The translations under genes were made by a program, and so were the position numbers. The notes beneath the pieces were generated by a model. The model did not search any database. It was given only the letters and a program-made list of their open reading frames with translations, and was not told the origin of the DNA. A stretch of 64,000 nt of DNA from Macrostomum lignano (taxonomy: Eukaryota): NCBI GenBank assembly GCA_002269645.1, contig NIVC01001483.1, forward strand, positions 1-64,000, given 5' to 3'. The stretch's first letter is position 1. The number at the start of each line of letters is the position of its first letter. Below are positions 13,822-26,144 of the stretch, in pieces.

Positions 13822-15212
13822 CAGTCTTCCGTGTGCCGCGTCGCTGCCACCCGATAGGCTTTCCTCTAACCCTAAGCCGTCGGTCATATCGTCCTCTGAT
13901 GTCGGTGTGTCGTCTTCGCCAGAAGGGGCTCTGTGGCTATCGTCCAGCTGGTCGTTAAGTACTTCTCTTCTTCTGTGTGAGTTGATCGGTCTTCCAGGAC
14001 AATGTCAGAAATTTCGTTAATCCTGTCCTGTCCCGTCCTTGATAGCGTCTCTGCCTTTCGCACAAATTTTCCAGTTCTCTTATTAGACTTCGACAGACAA
14101 TTTCGCGCGGTAGCTAATAAGTGAGCAGATTCAGCAGGTATCAAGTAGGTTGAGCAATGGCTAGAGTTACGATCATGCGCTTCCGGCAGGTTGCAGTGAT
14201 GAGCCATTGTACAATAATTCTTAATAAGCAATAAAATTCTACTCTTCCGGCTAAAGCAATTTCAATAATATCAGTCGGCACATATGGCTGGATTTGACAG
14301 GCCTTTTTGCCTCAATTTTAGCGGACAGCACCTGGGATCAAGTCAACAGGTCATTTGCTGTGCCACATGACAAGGCTGGTTCCTATAGCCAAGCCACAAC
14401 GTCTCAAACATCTGGTTCTGTTGACGCCAGCACCCTACTAGCATTGCGTGATGCTTTCTAGTCCGCTCTCTGTCACGCTGTAGGCTCGTATGACTGCCTA
14501 GCAGACATCGCAGTCCAGAGTTTTCATCGTGGACTCCGTCTGACGAGGCAACCAGACAGCGGTTAAAATCAATATCGCCTGCATATGCACCGATCCGTCT
14601 AGCTTAACTACGCGGTTTATTATTTCTATTTTTATAAATATTTTTATAGCTAGTAAATTAACGAACACAATAATCAACACATTGCACTGCAACTCAGCCT
14701 TCCGCCACACGTCGTCCTCCAGCTCTGGTTCTTAGCCGCTCATGTCTTCTTGGCTAGATGGTTGGAAGACACTGCCGATCTTCCATGAAATCCTTCCTGA
14801 GACTCCGGAAAGTCAGGGAACCAGTATAGGCCACAAACAAGTGCGCTGTTCCGAATTACCAATAGGTCTTGTGTAACTTTAAAACTCTTCTGTTCGACCA
14901 CAAGTTTGTTCGTCCGCCAGCTGGAAATTTGTTCTTCTTTTTACCCGTTTATATTTATATTGTAAAAACTGTCTCCTGCACAATGAACTCCTGCTGAACT
15001 CCATGGTCTTGCTGTCCTTGGGCTGATCGGCTGATTGTTGATGTGGGTACTGTTGTGATCGTTGATGCAGCTGCTGGTGGTGGGGTGTGCCTAGCTACGT
15101 CGGGTGCCTTGGACAAAGGCTAGCGTCCACAACGTTGGGGCCTACTAAACTTTGGTCCCCTCGCTCCAGGCTCACATTGGGTCCTCTCGTTGCCGTCCAG
15201 CCTCGTCCAGGT

Positions 15213-15320
15213 GACACGACCAAGTGACACGACCAGGTACGACACGACCAGGTGACACGACCAGGTACGACACGACCAAGTGACGCGACCAGGTACGACA
15301 CGACCAGGTGATACGACCTA
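15213..15320. repeat. Short 13-15 bp tandem repeat (GACACGACCAGGT-type), ~7 units
   Basis: Directly visible; may lie in the 5' UTR of the adjacent LINE remnant. Confidence 0.8.
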
Positions 15321-16216
15321 GCCTATCCCCGTTCCTATACTTATGAGCAATTTCTTATGGCTCATAATTTATATTGAGATCGAATAGTAGACACGTTATT
15401 TCAGTTTCAAGTTTTGTAACTAAATTGAACTTATAGTATCGATACTTTCTAAAACAAAAAAAACTTTTTCAACCTTTTTTAAAACTCTTCAACTAGTAAA
15501 AGTTTCGAAAAAATTAACTGCAAGAATTTCAAAATGCTTTTCAAGCCAAAGAGCTGCAGATAATTGAAAATTAAGGTTTTATGTATCGAAGTTACGAGCT
15601 ATTTTCTATTTTATTTTTTAACTAAATTAATTCAGTGGAGAAAAGCCCTGGTCGGTTAAACTGATTGATTGAACTGATGGTTGTATTAAAGTTGTACTTT
15701 TGTGCCCAATTTTTAACTGATTGCAATGAGCAATTTAACTGAGGGATAGGATGCCCCTCAGCCCAATGAAGCCCAATGATCATGGGATCTCGTGCTTGGG
15801 TTTCAAAAATAGCTGAAGTATAATTGCAAAAATTTAAATTAAACTCACAACAATTATTACAAACAATTTGTCATTGGTTAGTTGTCTATATGATTTCTAC
15901 CTATATGATTCTATATGATATTGAACGAAGCTTAGTTTACTTATACATGTAGGACTTTATAACGGCATTTTCTATGCCTGAAGCCCTCCCGCTTGGAAAA
16001 TGTTGTGCCGATGCCTTTTACTCGTAGTTAAAACCATCCCAGAAGTCGGAAAAAATTAGTTAAATTGAAATTTACGAGTTATACCCGAATTTGTCTACTG
16101 CTGCAGTAGCGCGCAAAGATTTTTTAGCAGTAGTGTGACCCAAGTAGGAAATTCGAGATTTAGGAATTTAGTAAGATTCAGTAAGTTACGAGCATAGTTT
16201 ATTTTTTAATTATAAA

Positions 16217-17139
16217 TACGTTTATTAATTTCCCGGAAAAGTTCACTTCTGGTGGTTGCATCTGCACGAAATTTTACCTGCAGCAACTGCAGTCTGTAAT
16301 CACTTCTCAACATAACTTCCTGTGGCGCCTTGCTGCAGCGCTGCGTCGGAGGAAAATGGCCGCCATCATTTTGCCGATGCTGCGATTGCGACGAAACTTG
16401 AGAGGAGCATCTTCGTCGTTGATAACCCACTGCCGACTCTGCTCCTTGGTCTCATGGGTCGTAGAAGTAGACCGAAGGTTCTTTGCCAGTGAGGATGTTA
16501 TCCACCAACTTTCAGCGGCCTCCGTCAAACCTTGGCCGCCATGAGGTCGGCGAGCTCAACGCGGGCTTGCATCTGGTCAGGGCTGAGCTGGTGGGGCACC
16601 CAGCGAGCGGACAGCTTCGTCATTTCAAGGTGCTGGTGCAGGATCTTAATGATGGTGGAATCCGACACCCCGACGAGCTGCTCCAACCAGCCAATCGCCA
16701 CTCACCGATCTTCGTCTAAATGGCGTCGAACAGCAGCAACGACTCCGTCGGACACAGTCGAACTCGGCCGCCAATCACGAGGATCGTCGTCCAGAGTGGC
16801 CGAGCCGCAGCGGAAGCGTGCAAACCACTCATACAGCATCGACTGGGATGGCGCTTGATCCTGAAGAGCCTCACGCAGCGTCTGGAGTCATGTGGCTGCA
16901 GAGCTGCCCAGCCGAAACTGGACCGGGATTGCCACTCGCCTGTCGCGGTCAGTCATCTGTGGCAGCAGGGCGGCACGTTTTCGGCCAAACTTTGGACATT
17001 GCAGCGCATCGTTGCGACCGATTGAGTTGAAATTTTACAAGCGAACGTTGAACATCCAACTCCAACTGCTGGTTAAGTTTCGTTTGATTTTCGCATTTTT
17101 AAGCTGCATTTTCCGGGAACTTAATAAGCACCGCTCGTA
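16217..17139 (-). mobile_element. Internally deleted mariner (DD34D-type) transposon
   Basis: The minus strand encodes an HTH region, LSARWVPHQLSPDQ (WVPHEL motif), VDNILTGKE (first catalytic D mutated), YDP-ETKEQSRQW, GKMM and a C-terminal GSYVEK*. Imperfect TIRs: TTATTAA(T/G)TTCCCGGAAAA at about 16222-16240 and its complement at about 17109-17128. Confidence 0.85.
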
Positions 17140-17227
17140 GCCTTAGAAAGAGTCGGAATACAGAATAGAATTATCTTTCCTTTCCTTTCCTTGCATTTCC
17201 TTAATCATATCAACAAGCACGACTCCA

Positions 17228-17469
17228 ACGGCAGCTGGTCCGACATTCAACTGGCAAAAAGAACCGCATTTTGGATTCTCCTGCCATCGGACGGTCGCTG
17301 GGCGTTCAATATCGGAACTGGACTGATGGGACTCATGAAGTGGGACTGCAGCAGCTGCAGCTCGGAAATTATTATTTACTTCTGTGTGAGGTGCTTCGGA
17401 GTCACCCGCAGGCAGCTGAGCGCCGATGAGGTGCGGCAAGCGATGTCGGCCTTCTGCCCCCGAGTATAA
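17228..17469 (+). pseudogene. Lectin-like paralogue C, right half (C-terminus of the ConA-like domain)
   Basis: GSWSDIQLA-NRILDSPAIGRSLGVQYRNWTDGTHEVGLQQLQLGNY-CVRCFGVTRRQLSADEVRQAMSAFCP with two frameshifts. It resumes exactly where 11990-12146 stops. Confidence 0.85.
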
Positions 17470-17701
17470 GGCTAGAATTTGCGTCACTGAGCATCCGGAT
17501 CCAGCACCGGCTGCAACCGCGATAACAGCATCCGGTTGAGCAGCCTCGCAGCGCAGGACTGAAGGCAGAGGCCTCTGTGCTCATTCAGGATTGTGGTAGC
17601 TACCCGGCTTCTTTGGAACGTGACGACCCATACCAATGGGAAACTTGGCGGTTTATGCCGCTATACACTGTGCACCTTGTGTGAGCGTGTGTATGAGCAC
17701 A

Positions 17702-17870
17702 GGGGTTATAGCCTAATGGTTCGATCGTTGGAATCACGACGGAAAGGTCGGGGGTTCGATTCTCGACACACTCGGAACAATTTGTGTCCTTGAGCAAGAC
17801 ACTTAACTCTGCATTGCTTCAGTTAGTCCAGCTGTAAAATGGGTGCCAGCATTAGCTGGGGTAATTGAGG
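17702..17870 (+). mobile_element. tRNA-derived SINE with CORE-like central domain
   Basis: A-box TAGCCTAATGG (~17709) and B-box GGTTCGATTC (~17753). These are followed by TGTGTCCTTGAGCAAGACACTTAAC...CTGTAAAATGGG, which resembles the CORE domain of MIR-like SINEs. Confidence 0.75.
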
Positions 17871-18320
17871 GTGAGTGTGGCGCCCCCCCCCCTCAGTCCT
17901 TGGACTGAACAGCCGTACGCAGCCTGCAGATGCGCTGCGCAATGGCTGCGGCTGAGCTGTCGGTTGCACAACTGCCTAGCAATGCCCACATTTGCATATG
18001 TGCTGTGTACGAGTACCCTATAACCGACTGCTCCGCTCTCCTGGTGTTATGACGCTCTGGCAAAGAAAGAACGCCTTGCCTTAGCCTAACAAGTTTCCCA
18101 TAAAGAATTACTTAAGCGGGCGGCTTACCAGAGGGGGGCAGAAGGCTCTACTGGCTAAGCCCTCAACCAAGCCACAGGGCCAGCCAATCAGAACCCCGCC
18201 CGGGGCAGGGTGCAGCACCCGGCACGCACGCCAACCCCCCCCAGCCCCCCAAAGTGCACCGTGCCCTGCCAAACCAAGGGCACATGCACTACACCTGTAT
18301 GCAGCTAGTAAGATCGTATA

Positions 18321-18788
18321 CTTGGCAACAGTCAAAAGTTCCAACCCTCCAAGCGAAATAAAAAATTCCTCACTTATTGCGACAACTTTTCACCCACAAT
18401 TCAACTCTCAAGTTACGCAACTGAGTCACCGCGAGGAAGGGAAAATTAATAGAATCAATAGCTCGTACTATTGATGAACGCCAGTCGCACAAAGTCATAA
18501 CGCGCTTAGTAACGCGTGTGGGATCCCCTCGCACGCAGAAAGTCCTAGGGAAGCTGCTGCCAAGCGTTTCAATGGCATGACGGAGCTCCGCAACATGCTG
18601 CGGTGGATTCTCTTATCGACTGCTGCGTTTTAGGAAGTCCCAGACATGCTCGATGGGATTCATGTGTGGGGACCATTAAGCAGACCCAAGCCGACCCCAG
18701 TGGCAGTAAGCTTTGCGCGTACCGTAATTACTCGCAATAAGTGAAAAAATCATCTCGCTTCGTGGTTAGAGCTTATGACTGTTGCTGA
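18321..18788. mobile_element. Non-autonomous Tc1-like element (MITE), same family as 55615-57131
   Basis: Degenerate TIRs CTTGGCAACAGTCAAAAGTT / GCTTATGACTGTTGCTGA flanked by TA. The interior is colinear with 55615-55725 and 56600-57131. Confidence 0.8.
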
Positions 18789-18950
18789 TAATGCATTGTA
18801 TTTGATTTATCGATAACTGATTGGGTACATTCAAAGACTTTGGAGAAACACCACCAAGGCATGATAGCCATATAACCACCATCAAACTGAACTGATTCGT
18901 CAAGCCATACGGTAAGAATGAGTCAAAATCTTCAGCATATTCGCAGCTCC

Positions 18951-20639
18951 TCAGGGGCAGAAGGTCGACATCGCCTGACGCACTTCGTCGGAGCTCAGCC
19001 GCCTGCGGGCGACTCCGAAGCACCTCAGGCAGAGTTTCCGAGCTACAGAATAAAACGGCGACCCGAATCCAACACGGAGCTGCTGCAGTGCCAGTGCATC
19101 CGCATCGAATGTCGAGTTCCAATATTGAACTCTCAGCGGCTCTCTGATGGCAGGAGAATTCAAAATGCCATCCTTGATTGCCAGCCGAATGTCGCACCAG
19201 TTGGCAGCACAGCCCGATCCGTTGAACTCGTGGTTGTTGTTATGCACGGTGAAATGCGTTGAGTTCCCGAGGTCGCGTTGCAGAACGTTTAAAACGAACT
19301 GCTCAGCACTGGAGGAATAGAGCTCAGCACGGAGGCTTGAGTACGAATTCGGATCGGAGTGCTCGCTGCGCACAGACAGAAACTCGACGCCACTTTTATT
19401 GCCTACGGTAAGCCTAAAGTACATTGTGTACTCTGATGTACTGAGAATCGACTCATTGAATGCCACGGGAGCTCCAACATTGTAGAACTCCCTGTATCTG
19501 GCACTTGAATTCACCTTGAAGCAGGCCCCGTCCTCTGCCGACCTCTCCACGCCGAACTGGTCCTCGATGGCGAAGGTGCGCGGGTCCAACAGGTTGTGCA
19601 GGCCCCTCCTGAAATCGAACGCAGCCACGAGGCCGTCCACCTGCGGCGGCGGCGACGCAGACGGCGGTGGCGGGGAGTTGCCGTCCGACGCCTCCGTCTT
19701 GCACACGAACCTGTGCCTGCTGTGGCACCTGTCGCTGCGCAGTCGACCAGCTGACAGCGTGACGCAGTTCACAGTCCAGTCCGCACTGTCCGGGTGTCCA
19801 GTCTCCCATGCGGGCAGCTTGTTGTCGTGTTTCCCTGAGAAATCCGTCCACTGGTAGCAGAGCTCGCGACCCGCACTGTCAGGGAAGCAGGGGTTCAGCT
19901 TGATGAGGCCGAGCCACACCGAGTCGAGCAGCTCTGCCGACTCGCAGCTGTCGATTCCGAAGCTGAGCTTGTTCACAAAGTCCAGCTCAGACTGGGTGAG
20001 CACCGACGCCAGCTGCGACGAGTTTCGCTGGCAGTAGAAGTTGGCCTCGTTGAAGTTGGCCTCAAACTGCGGCATCACGTAGCACTGCTCGTCGTGCAGC
20101 CACCAGCCGCTGGGACATCGGCCCTTCGACCGCCACCACCAGTCGACGAGACTGCTGGATTTCGCGCTCAACTTGCACACAAACGGGTGCCGCTCGTGAT
20201 ACAGCGAGTTGAGCCACCACTCACCGTCACTTCGGATCAGAGGCTTGTGAACGCTGTCCAGCTGAGAGAAGTTGTGTCTCTCGAAGCTCCCTACGCCGCC
20301 GCCGTCCGTCCACCTGTAGCTTGTAGGGTCGGCCAGACGGTCGAGGTCGGTGCCGAACAAACCGATCCAGGCGTCTCTGCAGTGAGACAGTCGGCCTACC
20401 AGTCGGTTCTCTTGCTCACTTTGGATGGACGCGAGCTGAGCCCGGTGAGACAGACACGTCTGTTCGGCCTGAAACCAGTAGTTCGGCTCGCTGAACCACT
20501 TGTAGCATGAGTGAGCTCGGTGTGTCCAGCCGTGTCCGGGACACTGAGCAGAGGCGGCGCCGGTGAGCAGCAGAGCTGCAGTGGCTGCGGCGAGGCAGGC
20601 AGCGAGTAGCTGGCGGTGCTGCATTTGCTGAGTCGCCAA
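18951..20639 (-). CDS. Secreted lectin B (562 aa): signal peptide, two C-type lectin domains, Pro-rich linker, ConA/LamG-like domain; intronless
   Basis: CTLD1 has C-Y-x-W, AEQTC, LASI, WIGL and FVCK. CTLD2 has CPSGW, EANFYC, LASV, VWLGL, W..GHPD..NCV and C..RHRFVCK. Linker PPPPSASPPP. The C-terminal domain is shared with gene A. Confidence 0.9.
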   Translation of the reverse strand: MATQQMQHRQLLAACLAAATAALLLTGAASAQCPGHGWTHRAHSCYKWFSEPNYWFQAEQTCLSHRAQLASIQSEQENRLVGRLSHCRDAWIGLFGTDLDRLADPTSYRWTDGGGVGSFERHNFSQLDSVHKPLIRSDGEWWLNSLYHERHPFVCKLSAKSSSLVDWWWRSKGRCPSGWWLHDEQCYVMPQFEANFNEANFYCQRNSSQLASVLTQSELDFVNKLSFGIDSCESAELLDSVWLGLIKLNPCFPDSAGRELCYQWTDFSGKHDNKLPAWETGHPDSADWTVNCVTLSAGRLRSDRCHSRHRFVCKTEASDGNSPPPPSASPPPQVDGLVAAFDFRRGLHNLLDPRTFAIEDQFGVERSAEDGACFKVNSSARYREFYNVGAPVAFNESILSTSEYTMYFRLTVGNKSGVEFLSVRSEHSDPNSYSSLRAELYSSSAEQFVLNVLQRDLGNSTHFTVHNNNHEFNGSGCAANWCDIRLAIKDGILNSPAIREPLRVQYWNSTFDADALALQQLRVGFGSPFYSVARKLCLRCFGVARRRLSSDEVRQAMSTFCP

Positions 20640-21094
20640 TGGGAGTCGCTGATTGGAGCGGCCACTTTGAGTAGCAAATTTGAGCAGGCATTTCGAGTCG
20701 GCATTTATCCACCCGAGCTGCTGCTGGAATGCGTGGAGGGCGTGGAATCTCGCCAGATTGAGTGGCGCGGCCTCAGCTGAGGCTCTGCTGCAGTTGCAGG
20801 TCCGATGTGGCTGTCCGAGTCACGTCTCACTGTGGAGCTGCGATCGTGACAGCAGCCGAGTTGCTGAGGCCGCCAGAGTGAGGCCGCAGAGCCCTCAGTA
20901 GTGGCAGCCGTGTGAGAAGCGGCTCACAGATCTCAGGTCTGCTGCTTTCTCACGGGAAGTTTTGGAGCTGAACGTCACGGGCTTGAGAGTGCAGGAGATT
21001 CAAGTACATAAAGCTACACATGTTTCCTTTTACATGCCAGTTTTTTGCTGCATCAACATGTACGAGCGTATAAAGACTGCGGCTTCTATGCAAA

Positions 21095-21431
21095 GCTCAG
21101 ATGCCATGGCTCAATGGGGGAGTTGCTGAGATGCCATGGCTCAGTGGGGAGTTGCTGAGATGCCATGGCTCAGTGGGGAGTTGCTGAGATGCCATGGCTC
21201 AGTGGGGAGTTGCTGAGATGCCATGGCTCAGTGGGGAGTTGCTGAGATGCCATGGCTCAAGGGGGGAGTTGCTGAGATGCCATGGCTCAATGGGGAGTTG
21301 CTGAGATGCCATGGCTCAATGGGAGGGGGGTTGCTGAGATGCCATGGCTCAATGGGGAGTTGCTGAGATGCCATGGCTCAATGGGGAGTTGCTGAGATGC
21401 CATGGCTCAATGGGGGAGTTGCTGAGATGCC
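21095..21431 (-). repeat. Inverted copy of the 29-bp minisatellite (~11 units), upstream of lectin B
   Basis: GGGGAGTTGCTGAGATGCCATGGCTCAAT is the reverse complement of the 3838-10008 unit, with the same array/unique junction CATGGCATC(CC/TG)AGCTTTG. Confidence 0.95.
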
Positions 21432-21451
21432 AATTGGCCAGGTCAGGCCAG

Positions 21452-21520
21452 GTCGGTCCAGGCGTCTCTGCAGCGAGACAGTCGGTCTACCAGTCGGTTC
21501 TCTGGCTCACTTTGGATTGA
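21452..21520 (-). pseudogene. Isolated C-type lectin domain fragment (copy D)
   Basis: Reads SIQSEPENRLVDRLSRCRDAWTD versus gene B SIQSEQENRLVGRLSHCRDAWIG. Nucleotide match to about 20365-20430. Confidence 0.75.
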
Positions 21521-21995
21521 CTCCGAAGAGAGATTCAAAAGTAATCTTTTCAGCGATTTTTTTGTTAACGACCTATTCAGAACATGTAGTAATCAAGTAA
21601 ACTTTTCTTTGCCTGCGCTGCAGCTAATAAAGACACGCCAGCGTCAGGGGCCTCTGTTCCTACCTGGACTGGGCAACAAAATCCGGCTGCAGAACAGCAC
21701 AAAAAGTGTCCTTGGCTCAGTTTCAACTTTTCATCCAATTTTTTATGACAGGCAATAGAGAAAGTGGCGCAGCTGAGGGTGGGGGGCATGCGGTGTCTCG
21801 GAAATGTCATCGAGAGCTGCTGTGCAGTGTGCAGGCGAAATCTTGGCTTCGGCACGGGAACACGCGGCTTTAGAGAAATTTCGAATTTGAAATGGCAAGC
21901 GGCCGGTGCGAGTCCCGCCGCGCACTCGATCCGGGCTGGCTGATGAAGAAGCGAAGAGGCTGGCCGCCCCCGCATGGAAGTTGGGCCGAGGAGCA

Positions 21996-22005
21996 CTAAT
22001 TATAG
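21996..22005. promoter_or_regulatory. MEF2 consensus site upstream of the myosin light chain gene
   Basis: CTAATTATAG fits YTA(W)4TAR, about 700 bp upstream of a muscle gene ATG. Function is not shown. Confidence 0.4.
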
Positions 22006-22069
22006 CTGCGATTTGGACTGCCCGGCTCTGCTTCAGCTAATGAGTTATTTTAATAAAATGTCTGAGCCA

Positions 22070-22415
22070 ATAAGCCTCCCAGATCCTCAGTTGCTGAGCC
22101 ACCAGCCTCCCAGATCCTCAGTTGCTGGGCCACCAGCCTCCCAGATCCTCAGTTGCTGAGCCAGTCTCCCAGATCCTCAGTTGCTGGGCCAGTCTCCCAG
22201 ATCCTCAGTTGCTGGGCCAGTCTCCCAGATCCTCAGTTGCTGAGCCAGTCTCCCAGATCCTCAGTTGCTGGGCCACCAGCCTCCCAGATCCTCAGTTGCT
22301 GAGCCAGTCTCCCAGATCCTCAGTTGCTGAGCCAGTCTCCCAGATCCTCAGTTGCTGAGCCAGTCTCCCAGATCCTCAGTTGCTGGGCCACCAGCCTCCC
22401 AGATCCTCACTTGCT
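22070..22415. repeat. 28-31 bp minisatellite CCAGATCCTCAGTTGCTG(A/G)GCCA(GT/CCAGC)CTC, ~12 units
   Basis: Directly visible tandem units. Confidence 0.95.
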
Positions 22416-22710
22416 GGGACTTTATGAGTCAGCTTCCACTCCAGATTCTGCCACATCATAGCTCGCCTTGGCCCCATCGATTTGACGCCCGCAATCCAGC
22501 AGCAGCTGTTCCGCCGTCAGCCAATCCGGATGAAATCCGAGCCCGCGAAGCAGCCACTCGTCGGATTAATGTCTTTTGAGCCGCGGATAAAGGTTAGCGC
22601 AACAGACCGGGAGCTGCCGGATCCTCGATTGCTTTCGACTGGCAGACAGCGGCGGATCAGCACAGGGCGCGACTTCTATTTCGAGTTGGTAGCAAAACAG
22701 TTACCTTGCA

Positions 22711-24827
<2,117 letters not shown>

Positions 24828-25253
24828 TTCTTGGAAAGTTCGGAAACGGGCAACACCGGACAGACTGCCATATTTTATAGCGTTTTATACATCGTTATTT
24901 CGATTTTACCGTAAACCTTTGGCCAATAATCTTTTCCTACTTTATCAAATTTGTTGACTGCTTCTTGAGGAACTACATGTACGAGCTGTATTAACGACCG
25001 ATTTCTTGGAAATCAAACCCGGAAAAACTGGAATTAGGTCAAGCTTTACTTGACTAAATGCAGAACAACTTTCAAACTTAGGGTGAAGACCAAAGAATGT
25101 TTAGGCTAATGGACTGATTGATCAAGACAAACCTGCTTTTAACAAAATTATGCACTCTCTAAAAATAAAACTTTACCCCCGGCTGCCGATGCGCAGTTTC
25201 TTAATCCGCAATTCGTGTTTTTAAACAGGTCTTAGTTTTTGCGCTGCTGTCCA

Positions 25254-25745
<492 letters not shown>

Positions 25746-26144
25746 TCTATCCCTACCCAACAAAGATTATTTATGCCTTGGCGACAACCAGGACGGCAGG
25801 CTCGGATAATCAAATCAGCCGTCTTGTGGTCACCGGCCAGCCAGGCAGAGTGCAGCAGTGGCAAGATGAGGCCGCTCAGCATCCTCGCATAGGCTATTAA
25901 TTTCATCCTCCGGCCCTCTGAGCCTGACTCGATCCCAATTTTCTATCACACGCTGTCATCGAGTTTGAGTCAAGTTTGTTATGGGTGCATCTGCCGTGCA
26001 GCAAACGTTTGCCTTTGCTCAAAGCAGTGGCCTTTCATTGCGTGCACAAGTGATTAATTAGACTTGAAAATTCGTTTCCAAATTTAACCTGTAGAAATTG
26101 TCTCTATGAGGGTATCAAGATCTCACGAATTGCGCCAGGATATC

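Larger units (their letters stand above)
12147..15320 (-). mobile_element. Degenerate non-LTR retrotransposon fragments (AP-endonuclease N-terminus, probable ORF1 and 5' UTR pieces)
   Basis: The minus strand near 13420-13300 reads KKVRIAMWNVQRANLGSARLGQIVKK..WDVTLQ, an APE-domain start motif (RIxTWNV..D...LQ). It is disrupted by stops. Flanking pieces look like ORF1/UTR but their boundaries are uncertain. Confidence 0.5.

Noticed and set aside
17702-17775. tRNA gene
   Set aside because: Has A and B boxes but no complete cloverleaf, and continues into a CORE-like domain; it is a SINE head
25750-25890. GDNQDGRLG resembling an RCC1 repeat in a unique island between arrays
   Set aside because: Needs a frameshift, is followed by a stop, and has no splice support; too short to call
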